From: Trichinella spiralis
Lineage: Eukaryota
Reading direction: 5' to 3'
Assembly: GCF_000181795.1 (NCBI RefSeq)
Contig: NW_003526943.1
Location: forward strand, 3,154,707 to 3,218,706
Length of the DNA stretch: 64,000 nucleotides
Shown: in pieces, positions 12,616 to 25,072 of the stretch
How positions within the stretch are numbered: position 1 is the first letter of the stretch
Layout: every line of letters starts with the position of its first letter
Program-made: the position numbers and the translations under genes
Notes under the pieces: model-generated
Database searches by the model: none
What the model saw: only the letters and a program-made list of their open reading frames with translations
Told to the model about the DNA's origin: nothing

Positions 12616-14047
12616 TTTCAGTTGACAAGTTTGCAAAGTATTGAATTCGTATTAAATGTGAAAAAGTAATAAATATTTTTAACTACTTTCAATGCTGCGT
12701 TTCAATTGTCAAAGCAAAATCAAAGCTGACACGGAATAAACTGTTGTAAACTTGTATTTGAGCATAAAGTGAGTCGATTGCAGAAAAACTTTAAAATTTC
12801 TAGAAATTTAAGTTTTGAACTGTACTTTAAATAATAATCCGAAACATAGTAACTTTAAAATATTCATAAAAGAATTTCAGCTGAAGCATAGTATATAAAT
12901 TAAACTATTTATAAATATAAATAAGTAAATTAAAAAATATATATGAAAATGGTAAATTTAATATTTTTTGTATTTCTGCCGATATTCACTTTTAAAATTT
13001 TCCGCTTTCTTTTTAGGCCAATTGTATTTTAATACCATCAAATTAATTATTAATGATAATTATTAAAGAATGCATTGCTAACTAATTTCAATTCTTTTTA
13101 TGCAATGTGCACCAGTTTGCAATTTGTCTTAGATAGCTTTAATGTTATGTGCATATCAATTTATATTTATCTATATAGTATGTGTGACAGGCGGCTAACT
13201 TGAAAGCTTTGATATAGTGATATATGATTCTGTGCACATCTGTTTCTAGCTATGGCCTACTTGAAGATGACAAATCCATTAATCATAGTACGCTTTGCTG
13301 CACAGTATTTATAATAGCTAAATTCACATAAACAAAAGCTTCAAAAATAAAATGTAATAGCTTATTTAATTTCTGCTAAATGTTAATTTCTTTAGGTTAC
13401 CGTAAAGTTAAATTAATAAGCAATCATTTTAATGCGTTTCAAAATGAGTTTGTCAGATGTTTTTATAGAAATTTAAATTTTTCTACCTTGCCGATGGGCA
13501 CCACACGATTTTGGCAAAATGTGTGCTTGAAACTTGTTCAGAAAAATTTACTTAGCAAAGCTGATTGTTTGTTTTGATGATTTAATAAGAATTGAACAAT
13601 TTTTTTATTTTTGAAAAAAATCACAATAAATTAGCCATATTTTTTACCGTCAAGATAGAAAAGATTTTATGTTCCAATGCAATAAATTAAATAAATTTAC
13701 ATTTAATCACCGTTAAATCTCATATTGACGTTTACAAAAAGAAATTATTTATTCAAAAAAAATATGCATTCATCAGCATGGTCAGTTAATAATGAAAAAA
13801 TTTTCTGCTATCAGTGTAGATTGCTTTTCTCAAAGAAAAACAGTACGACTGCAGAAAAGCAAAGTTGACTCTTAGTGGGGGAGAGTTGTTGGACTGGATT
13901 TTTCATACCCGCAAAATGCACTGCAACTGGTGAATTTTATTTGCTTAACCTCGTATAGCTTGTGCGTTTTTCTCCAGCTCAGCACACGAGAAGCAACGCA
14001 AAACTGGGCTTTGCCACCGTGTCTCTCAAGCTAACCAACGGGCAGAA

Positions 14048-16158
14048 ATGTTCACCTTCAATCATACATTCAAAGCGGACACTGTCTGGATATTAATATT
14101 AAACGCTTTATTAATTTATTTTGTTCAAAGTTTAAAAATTGTCATATTTACTCCTGATTCGCCGAATGCCGGTCGAGAAGCGTTGAACAAGCTTGCACAA
14201 GAGTTGGCATTTCGAAATCACGACGTGTTCACATTTCGAACTCTGCTTCTTCCCGAGCAGCCATATTTGGTTGTTCAAAGACCGCACAAAGTTACTGAAT
14301 TCAAATTGCAAATTGACTTGCCACCTGAATGGATTTTTCATCTTCGAGCTTTTGGAAATGCATCAATTTGGACCACCGAATACGGGGATCAGAAATATCT
14401 GCACTCGCTTTGGAAAGCGCAAGTCGAAGCTTGTTCAACGACATTGAACAGTGATTTTTTGGATCGTCTCCGACAAATCACACCGGATGTGTGCATTATT
14501 CCTTCTGGTAGGCAGTTTAAACATTTTCCTAAGCAAATTTACACTTCAAATGCTTGATTATGCAACTTTCAGACGACCCCTGTGCACTTGGTATTGTGCA
14601 CGCTTTGAAACTCCCATTCATCTATTACGATTCAGATGGGCTTCAGGATGAAACGGTAATTATTAGCATTTGTGCTTTGCAAATGCTTTACAGATTTTTT
14701 TTCAGATTCTCTCCGTCCGACCTCAGTTATTTCTCCAAGGACTGCCTCCTTCTTCACGTTCCACTTTGCCCGGACGAATGTCATTATTTCAAACAATATT
14801 AAATTTATTTTTATTCTCTTCTGCTCACATTCGTGACACTTACATTCCTCTGCTCCACTGCTGTCTTGCTTCGGAAAAATTCAAACTGCTCGAATGGCCA
14901 ATTTTGCAACTTTTCAAAAATAACTCTCAACTTGGTGTAGAATTTGCCCAACTGTGGTCGATGAAGCAAATACGTGCCGAAGCTTTAGCCGTGTTCGTCA
15001 ACACGGATTGGCTGCTCGAAGATGCGCATGGACTTTATCCTCCAAAAATCATTCCCATCGGCGGCTTTCACATGGATCTTCCAAGACCACTTTTCAGAGT
15101 AAACTATTGAATAATTTTTTTTCTTCTTAAAAGTTTACATGTTTAACGAACAAGCTTTGAAGCCGTACAACGAAAGCATAGACAAAGCTAGCGACGGTGT
15201 AATTGTGGTGTCGTTTGGCAATCGAGTCAATTCTTCAGCCATGCCTTTGTCTGTTGCCAGAATCTTTTTGCAAACATTTCAAAAGCTTCCTGGATGTCGA
15301 ATATTTTGGCGCATTGATAGTTCGACAATAGATGGAATTTCACCAGAACAAGTTCCAAGCAATGTCAACTTGACTCAATATCTTCCACAAGTCGATCTCT
15401 TAGGTATTGCAATTTTCATGTTCATGTTGCACTGATGAAATGGTGATGCAAAAAGCAATAAAAAACATTTACCTCGAAACAGGAGCGAGAAAAACTCGTA
15501 TGCTAATTTCACACGGCGGTGCACAGTCGATCATGGAAGCTGTACACGCTGGCGTGCCTGTGCTGGGGATTCCACTGATCAGTCCAACATATCAAACGCT
15601 GAGAAAGTTGGAAGCTCGAGGAATGGCTCTAATATTGGATAAATCCAATCTCACTGCTCAGAATTTGCTAGCGGCAATTCTAGCTGTGCTTCGTAACAAA
15701 AAGTGAAACTGCAAGAATCTTTTTTTTTTATTTATTAAAATTTAAGAGAAGAATTTTTCAGATACACGCTCGCAGCCAAGCAAATTTCGAAAATGTTCAA
15801 AGATCGTCCCATCAGTCCAATTGATAACACAATACATTGGGTTGAATTTGTCGGCCGTTACAAAAGAGGATCATTTTTCACTTATGAAAAAGACATACTG
15901 TTTAGCATAACTTCGCTGACTCATGCAATGTTTTTTTCTGTCGTTCTTGCTGCGTTCAGTTTGGCTTATTATTACTGGATGTTTGGTAGAAAGCACTGTA
16001 CCACTGATACTGAAGATTCCAATTCCAAAGCGGCAAGCACAGATTCTGAAATTGATTCTTCAGAACGAAAAGATATTTCAGATGAAACGATTCCTGAACG
16101 TCGTGAAACTCGTTCAACAAGTAAAAAAGTGAATTCATTATCAAGCGTTGCAAAATAG
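14048..16158 (+). CDS. UDP-glucuronosyltransferase-family membrane protein with degenerate catalytic motifs
   Basis: Signal peptide then KIVIFTP...LAQELAFRNHDV; PPKIIPIGGFHM; GVIVVSFG; YLPQVDLL..LISHGGAQSIMEAVHAGVPVLGIP; HWVEFV followed by a TM helix. 6 exons. Confidence 0.88.
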
Positions 16159-17358
16159 ACTTTGTTGAGGATGGATTTTTTTAAAGAATATGAACATATC
16201 TTTAGCGCAATTGTTTGAATAAATTGAATATATCAGAAATTAAATATTCTTTATTTTTAGAAGTTTCGACAAATTTAAGAAAATAAACTGAACAGACTTG
16301 GTGGAAATATGCAAATGCAATGCAATTTGTGCAAAAATGCATCTCATTCAAAAGTACATGGGATATTTTTGAAAATATTCATTTTGATGCTTATTTAATT
16401 TGAAAAGTGCAATGAAAAACAATGCACAGTTCGCTTCATGTTTATAAGGTTTTACGAATCCACTGCCGCTATCTTAATAAGTAGCATGAATCGTTTTCTG
16501 TGATACTGTTTAAGCCTACAAATACCGAACTATAACAAAAGGTAACTAGGGCATCTGTTGGCTTTGCTGCTTGTTGACCTCTGCAAAGGTCACATGCATT
16601 TTTTTATACTTTTTATGGTCAAGTACAAAATTCAGTTTGCTGTAAGGTATGTTTCAAAATTAAAATATCATTTTCACTATTCCATTATAAAATATGCATT
16701 TCTATGTGCTCACACTTTTGCATCAGATGCAGCTTTGGCATAATTTTGATGAAAGTTGATATAACATAAAGAAATATCCGAGCATGAATTAAATTTATGA
16801 AAATATGAAAAGTATAATTTTTTCAATTGAGAAATATTTCTGTCTATTACAAGAATATAATACAGCTATTATTGTTTGTTGAATAAATCAAGTACAGCCG
16901 AATTAAAAATAAAAAACAAACAAACATATGGCACAAGTGTTTTAATAATTCAGATTCAGAATTAACGTTTAGTAAAAAACAGAAGCTTCATCAGCTTTTG
17001 TTTTTTATTTCAAAGCATTTTGACTGATAATGATGCAGCTTTTTTGCAATAAATAAGTCAGATGATACAATTTATCAGAATTATGACTTGTGAATTCCAA
17101 TTATACTTATGAGATGGAATAAATTGCAAAAGGATGCTTGAAATAAAGATTTACTGTACACAAGTGTTACCTTTTTTTCTTTTATAAATTATATATCATC
17201 AATTGCGCATCCATTTTACACTTGATTTTCTATTTACTGTAGTTTTTGAATAACAGTCATCTGTCATCGTGCATTAGAAGTGCCGACGTGTGATTTGTCA
17301 ATATTTGAATGGCCATTTGCTTAATACAGAGGTGTTGTTTGTAAATTTGCCCAAAAGA

Positions 17359-20300
17359 ATGTCCTTTGCTGATGAAGTGTCGTCTGTTCATTCGGAACGT
17401 TCCGGCCAGTCGTTTCAACGCGATCCGTACCAGAGTCGAAATTGCCAGCAAAGACGCAAGCAGATGAACCGTAAAGTGATGAGCGGTCGTGGTGCATGTC
17501 ATGGCACACCAAACTCATTGCTCGGCCCGGATAAAGTAAGCTGCATCTCAGTTCAATTTCTCGGAGATTGTTCAGTTTTCTTTGCTCCCAATGTGGCCGA
17601 TTTGGGATGATTTTCCAACGACCATGCATTAATTCAAGCTATAAATCCCAGTCCAATTTCCGCATATCAATAAAATGCTTTGAAGAGAATTATTTATAAG
17701 TTGATCGTTCCGCCAAACAGTTGCAGAAGCATGCAAGCAACTAGCTCTGATCAACTGTTGGATCGATTTGTGATGCATTCTTGATTTGACCTGAAATCTC
17801 TGCAGTATATTGTTTTCTCCTCTGTGGATTGAGTTCTTTTCAAATAGCTCGCTCGTCGGTTGATTTCGTCCAAGTGAGAAATATCCATCCCATTTTTAAG
17901 AGATTTATATTTCAAACTCTAAAATTCTATTCAATTGAAGACTGTCATCTTGTTACTATGTACTGTTTTCATTTTATCTCACTACTAAGTAGGTTGTTCA
18001 AATTTCTTATTTAAAAGTTTCCACTTTTCACGATAGTAATTTTTTATTGACTTTTTGTATTATTAATATAACGCTGGTTTTTGAAAAGTTTAATAATCAT
18101 AAAAGCATGTTGCAAAGTTTTCAAACAGGAAATAGAACACTGCCAGCAACATCTGGCACTTGTGAATAGAAAATATTTTAAGCTAGAAAGTGAAACTGAC
18201 GTTGACATTATTTTTTGTCACAAGTTGAAATGCAAAGCGGATGTGTGCTTTTTGGACGGATGGCTTTTATCAAATTTTCCAAGCAGAACATTTCAAACGT
18301 TCGACCAGATGTTGCAATTGCAGTAAATGCAAATAACTGATAAACAACAGCGTCCATTGTTGCAATATTTTTTTGGCAGTTGGCATTTTCTTGTTTACTG
18401 CTTGCATTCGTAGTTTGAACCTTCCAAGAGAGAGCTTATCGAAATGTGTGTAATAATAAGTTTTGCTTTTTGTAGCTTTTTTTTTTTTGAAATTATTCCA
18501 TCGAATGCTGCGAAATTGAATTTCATTAACGACGACGTGTTTCATTCGTGAGAGAATCAACCTTTTGTATTTTTTTTTATTAATTGGACAATTTTATTAC
18601 ACATTTTGAACGTTTCAGCAGGAAGTTACTGTTTTTTTCATTTAGAAATTTTTTTTGTGATTTTCAATATTTTTATTTTTTGAAGAATAATGTGTTGAAT
18701 GAAATGTAATTGTTTTTTCTTTTTTCAAATGTGCAATGAAAATGAGTTTCAGTTAAAATTGGGAAATTTTAATTTTCGTTCTCTGTTGCTTGCTTGCTTG
18801 CTTTGTTGCTCTTCTGTTGACTGAATAGGAGGAGTGATAAATTGATAGCAGGTGCGAGAAAGATAATTTCATTTCAATGCAATCATTTCTGAAAATAGTC
18901 GCATTCAGTGCTTTGTTCTTTTTGAAAGATTAGTTTTATAAAATCGATTTTCCGAAGACAATTCCTTACGTATAAATTGCTGCGAAAGTGAAGTATTGAA
19001 TTGCATTGAATTTTTTCTTTTTAAAAAATAAACTCTTTGTTGTTGTCTATTTAAAATAATTGAGCGCTTTATTTTTTTTAAAGAACTGTATTAATGTGAG
19101 GACGGAAATAGCAGCTTGTCGCATTTATTGTACGTATGATGTCGCGTAAGAAATGAAAAAGGTGTTTGAGATTTTCATACGCGCACGTTGGAAATTTAAT
19201 AATTTCAAGTATGTATTAATGTGGCAGCCGTTTCATTTTTCGCTTTTCTGATTGTTTGAGCTATGGGGAAATGTTTATTTCATGTTTTGTTAAATGGAAG
19301 GCATATGGATTTCAGTTTTGCATTTTTTTTGTAGAAATATCAAACAGCATCTTATTACTGAAGTGAGGTCTTCGTTTCATTCATTCAGTTTATTATTTTT
19401 TTCAAATATTATACGACAGTGTTTCTTAAACTTCAACTTGTCTCTCTCTGTGTCTTATTATGTGAAAGCAGAGAAAGCGGATGAAACAGTTTTCATCAAA
19501 ATATGGTGGTCGATTCAAGTTGATGTGAATTTGTTTTTTTCCTTTTTTGAATATCAACAAGGGAAAAGGTGTTGAACTGTTGAAAATTATGTTCAAGTTG
19601 TATTAGTATTTATTGATGGTCAAGTACAAAAGATTTTGCAAACTGTAAAAAGAAAGAAATATAGAAGCGAGACGGTGTTTGTGAATCATTTTTGATGAAA
19701 GCGTAAATTTTCATCAGTAGCGCACAGAGCAGAAAATTCTGTCGGCATATTTCAAGAAAATTAATTGAAATAGATGAAATTGTTCGGCAGTGCATTTTGT
19801 TGATAGCTTTATGTTAGCTGCAGGTTTGTTGCATTTCCGATTGTTTTTTGATTGTTTGATTGATTGATCGATTCGTTGTGTTCGGGTACAGAGAAATTGA
19901 AATCAAAGAGGCTGAGGAACAAAAAGCAACACCGATCGAGCACATCTTGTTGACCAGGTGTGCAGGCAAATTGTCTTGCCCTTGGTCGGTCGGCTTGCTT
20001 GGACATTTGGTTTATTGTTGGGGACTGGTTTCGGTTGGTTTTTGAAAATACATACATATATGTATATATTATTTATTGATTTCCCATAAAATGCTTTCAG
20101 CTTTTCCCGCTTTGCTTGCAGTGCAGTGATGTTCAGTGTGCGGTTTGAAATTTACCACCAAAAACAACGCACGCACGCTGCCAATGCACCACAACTTTCA
20201 TTAATTTATTAATAATTTAGTGCGTGATCGCGATGGATGTCGAAGATGATGGTCCAGAAGAAAATTGGGCTGAGAATACGACTTGCTTGACTGGAAATAC

Positions 20301-21993
20301 CAGCGAGAGGTCGTTTTCTTATGACGACCTGCGCCGCTTCAAGCAGGAACCGTTGGCCCGATCGGCCGGTGGTGGTATGGGTGGTCGTCGGTCGGCTTAT
20401 TGGTCAGCCAGATGCAGTCGACTGGTGTCGAATATCTGCTCAAGTGCGGTGGCGTTGCTGTCGGCGGTCAGTCCGATCGCGATGGTTTCGATCCCCAAAG
20501 CGCAGCTCTTGTTCGCCTGGTCCACCAACGACAGTTCCAAAGCTAACAACGACGTGTTCGGCGGCTGGCAGACCAGTGAATGCGGCGCCGACTGCCAAGG
20601 TCTGCTGATCGGCTTCGTCGTCAAGATGAGCTTGCTGTTGTTGGGAGTGTGGGCGTTGTTTTGGCGCCGGGCCGACGCCAGCTTGCCGCGGCTTTTCGTC
20701 GGCAGGGCTTGTCTTTTGGCGTTCGTCTTCTTGTTCCTGTTCGCCTATTGGCTGTTCTACGTGGTGCGCATTGTGCAAAAAGCCGAACCCAGCTACACGG
20801 TGATCGTCTCGTACGCATTGTCACTGGTCGACGCGCTGCTTTTCGTCCACTATTCGGCGCTGGTGGCCGTGGAACTGCTGCCCCGCCTGCGACCGGTCTG
20901 CAGGGTTCACGTCCTTCGGTCGCCGGACGGCTTCAGCCGCAGCTATTTGCTCGGCCAGCTGAGCGTGCAACGGGCAGCCGTGCAACTGCTCCACTGGTAT
21001 TACCGCGACTTCCCCCCTTACAACCCGCTGCTCGATCGACCTCTGACCTCAGCCAAGGCGAAAAAATCTACCGGCTCTCAAGTGGGCGCCAACCCAGCAC
21101 CGCCACCTGCTGGCGCTTTCAAAAGTAGTAGTTTGCATTGTTTGTTTGTTTATTTGTTTATTTGAATTTGAATGTGGTTCAGTTTACGACGTCGACGGTC
21201 GCAGTGAGGCGGTGAGCTTGTCGGACGTGAACGCCAAGGCGATCATGGCTGCCGCGGCCAGGAAACGTGACTCGGCCCACAACGAACGATTCTACGAGGA
21301 ACTCGAATGGGAACGGCGTGTTCGTAAGCGTAAAGCCCGACTGCTCACAGCCGTCGAAGAAGCATTCGCCCACGTGCAACGTTTTCACGACGAAAAAGGT
21401 AAACCAGTAACAACAGTTGAGCTTGTTGTTGTTTTGTTTATTTATTAATTTAAATTTATTCATTTTTGAACAATCATTTTTTCAGGACCATGTTCATTGA
21501 TGGATTCTTGCGAAGCGGCCCAGTCAATTTTTCCGGCTTTGGCTCGAGCGTTGCAAAAGTACCTTCGCGTCACTCGTCAACAGCATCGTTTTTCCGCGGA
21601 AAGTATCCTCGACCATCTGTCCAACTGTTTGACGTATGACATGTCGGCCAAGGCATTTCTGGAACAATATTTCAACAATAACGACGATTTTCATCAAGTA
21701 ATAATAATAATAATAATAATAAGATTATTAATTGATTAATTAATTCATTAATTCATTATTAACAGGGCATCCAAACACCAGCTAAATGGTCCATTGTGTG
21801 CAAGCAATTGGTATCGATGAACATTTCGGATGGGATGATTTTTCAACTGCGTTGTCACTCTCCGGGTTTTGACACGGGTGTGTCATTGCTTTGCCGCGTG
21901 TCACGATTGCCGTTTTTGGATCTAACCGAACACTCGATCAATCCCAAAAATGATGCCTTTGTTCTGAAATTCAATTCCGAAACATCTGTCTGA
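17359..21993 (+). CDS. Vang: Van Gogh/Strabismus planar-cell-polarity protein
   Basis: Exon 17359-17536 splices in phase to 20221. [16 protein letters not shown], four TM segments, [59 protein letters not shown], and C-terminal PDZ ligand ETSV. Confidence 0.95.
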
Positions 21994-22581
21994 TAACACC
22001 TACCTTTTTTTACAAAATTATTATCATTAATAATAATATCAATTACATTATTATTATATATTCATATTTATTCACCATTATTGCGTTGTTTCATTTTTAA
22101 AGCTTTCACTTTCAAACTACTACCTGCTTTATTATTATTACAGTTCTCTTTCTTTCCAATTTTTACCTTGTTATACATATATATAATATTATGTTTTTTT
22201 ATAGACTGTAGCCATATGCTGCCTAACCATATGTATCTAAGTACATGCTCAACTATTTATAATGCCTTTTCAGATAATCACTATTATCAATATATATATA
22301 TATATATATATACCATTTATTGATACTTGTTATTGTCGAAATTCCAAATAAAACTTCACATACCTCATCGAATGGATTTTACATTGAATTAATTCTTTGG
22401 AATGTAAACTAGGTCATCACATTAAAGCGACGAACTTTAAATGCAATTTTCAAGCTTCAGGTTTTTTATTGATAGGTGAAATTTTAAACCACAATTACTC
22501 TTTCTTAAACTAACATTTGGTTGAACATTAAATTTTATATTTTTTTCTCTTGTGTCATTTTCTTTAATTCTATCACTCAGA

Positions 22582-23382
22582 ATGTGGATAATTTTCATAA
22601 TAGTTTTGTTGCTTTCAAAAATTTGCATTTTTGTGACAAACAGTACGTCGTCGTGTCAACTGAACGTGACCAAGTTGATGATGGAGGTGGATGTTACGGA
22701 AGAAAGCGTGGAAATTCAAAGCGGATGGCCGTGGACAGTGCAGTGCAAGCCGAATTCGAAATCCCCCCACGACGGATCGCCAGCAGTTTGCTGGTGGTTG
22801 CAGGTCGACGGGCGTTGGTTCGAAGTGGATACCGACGCACGGCATTCGTTGATCGTTGCCAAAGGCGACAGGCTGAAAATTCTGACCGCCTCACCGGAAA
22901 TGAACGGTCATCGACTGTTGTGCGGCTCAGCTGACGGACGACACTATTGGAGAAAAATGCAAATCGCAGTGCTGCTCTGCAACGGTACCACGGATCCGTG
23001 CAATGGGCGTGGCCGGTGTGTTTGGAGTCGAATGGCGCCCCATACCCTACCGATTGTCAGCTGCGTGTGCGAAAAAAACTATTATGGCACCTTTTGCACC
23101 GAATACATCGGCAATGCGGTGTTTCACGGTTGGGCCACGGTGGTCGCCGCTTTTCTGCTTCTACTGCTCAGCACTGTTCTTTACTCTTTGAAGAGGAGCA
23201 AAATTGACAAAATGCTCCACCAGCAGAGGCAAAAGCAGAAACGTCTGAGAGCCAAAGCCACCAGAAGGGAAATGAAATATCCAGTCAAAACGAGACCAAT
23301 TTCACGACCCCAGCCGATCACACTTCGTCAACCTAGCAAACCTAAATCGAAAAATTTGCATCGAAGAAGGAAACACAGATAA
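22582..23382 (+). CDS. Intronless type I membrane protein: signal peptide, Ig-like domain, EGF domain, TM, basic tail
   Basis: ATG follows actcag acceptor; hydrophobic leader MWIIFIIVLLLSKICIFV. Ig pattern WTVQC..CWW..RLKI...MNGHRLLC; EGF C-x6-C-x5-C-x14-C-x-C-x8-C; TM WATVVAAFLLLLLSTVLYSL; K/R-rich tail. Confidence 0.78.
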   Translation: MWIIFIIVLLLSKICIFVTNSTSSCQLNVTKLMMEVDVTEESVEIQSGWPWTVQCKPNSKSPHDGSPAVCWWLQVDGRWFEVDTDARHSLIVAKGDRLKILTASPEMNGHRLLCGSADGRHYWRKMQIAVLLCNGTTDPCNGRGRCVWSRMAPHTLPIVSCVCEKNYYGTFCTEYIGNAVFHGWATVVAAFLLLLLSTVLYSLKRSKIDKMLHQQRQKQKRLRAKATRREMKYPVKTRPISRPQPITLRQPSKPKSKNLHRRRKHR

Positions 23383-25072
23383 TAAAAAATAAATATTCGA
23401 ATTTGATTATTTTGCTCACTACTGTTGCAGCTGGAAAATTGTAGTTCATCTGTAGTACACAGCTTTTGTTTTGCTTGCTTGTTGTAATGCTAACAATATT
23501 TACTGGTTTCATCATAGTAGTAACTGATGAAAATTATCACAAGAGAAATCAGCATTTGAAATTATTATTGTCCAAATTTACACCTTCTTTTTTTGCTTTA
23601 AAATTCATTCAAAGTCGAACATAATTGTTATAAAATTGAAAATAACATCTCCCAACATTTATCTCGTACACCGTCACCCGCAGGGACTGGCATTGATCAG
23701 GTTTAAAAGTGGCAAAAATGAATCATTACAATTTACAGCAGCTGTTCATCTGCTAAACATGCAACATCGACAGATGGTGGAACAATTTTTCACTTTATCA
23801 AATGTTAATTCTTAAAACTGTTTTAACTAAAACAGACCTCTTTCTATTTATTACCTACAAATTTATTACAAAATATTTATTTATTAAAAATAATTATAAT
23901 TTAGTTATTAAAAAACTAAAAAATCAAGTACAAGAAACTTCACTTCATATACACTACTCTAACGAAATAAATATTGAATAGCAATAAAAATTTCATTTAA
24001 TCAAAAAATTAATATTCATCTGCATCTACAAAATGTTTTTTGTTCTATAAAAATATCTATCTGATTTATAAATGATATTTTTATTTCAAAACAGCTTCAT
24101 TTTTATATCATTTGGCAATAGTCAAATAGGAAAAAATTTTATGCAATTCTCACTACGTCCATCCCCTAAATCTCAAATAAATCTTCTGCATACTATATCC
24201 CCCCCCCTATAAATCAGACGTATGAACGCTTCTGTTTGTGGAGTGCAGTTGATTGATTTTGTAGTTTCATCTCGGTGATTATTGTTAGCTCGTTGTAATA
24301 AAATAGTCTAGTGTATTGAGTTGTTTGTTTCTGTTGTTTGGATGTCATCGAATAAGCGCGAGCGTGGTCAAAACGTCAACCCAGTCTGCAATGACCGCTG
24401 CCTTAGCCTTAAAGGGCAATCTGAGCTTTCAGCCTCCACTAGTGATGAATTTATGCACTACTCAATCTAGCTAAAGTGTATGGATTTCTTTTGAAAAATT
24501 TGCTTAACGATGCGGCCGAGAAGCCAATTCTGAGAACTGCCTCTGTTTATTCTCGAACAAGCCATCCATTTAAGGCATGCGAAATATAATAAATTACTGT
24601 ATAATCGGATCCACACCAGCACACAAACATGCCTCAGACCACTGCTCAAACCAGCTTACCGACCATCTAATTTCCACTCTAAAATAAATGATAATTAAGT
24701 ATTAATTAAAAGTGTACGGTAGGTGCTGTTGTGACGATGATTACTATGAACACATAATGACTGTGGAATTTTGATTTAAATTATTTTCAACAACGACAAT
24801 AATAATAAAATAATACGTTTAACACATTTCATTGGTGTCTTTTACCAAAAATTTCAGATAAATATTGCATATTTTTTAAAGCACTTGGAAAAAAGTCTTA
24901 ATATTAAGAAAATATTATTTTTTACTAAGTCTTAATAGCTTTCACAGAACTTTACCTGAGTTGAAAATCTTTAAGATAAAAAGTTATTTGAGATTACTGT
25001 ACTCTTTGCCTGAACATACTTAAGTGAAGAATTGTTGTAAACATAGTCGATTTTGCTATTCGTTTTTCCGAG

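Noticed and set aside
20321..21128. Overlapping and antisense ORFs over Vang (likewise over Gag, TTI1 and ZnT)
   Set aside because: Shadow frames of stop-poor coding DNA with no motifs or splice support.
20221..23382. Horizontal transfer suggested by high GC
   Set aside because: Vang is a metazoan gene with host-type introns, and several other native genes here share the bias.
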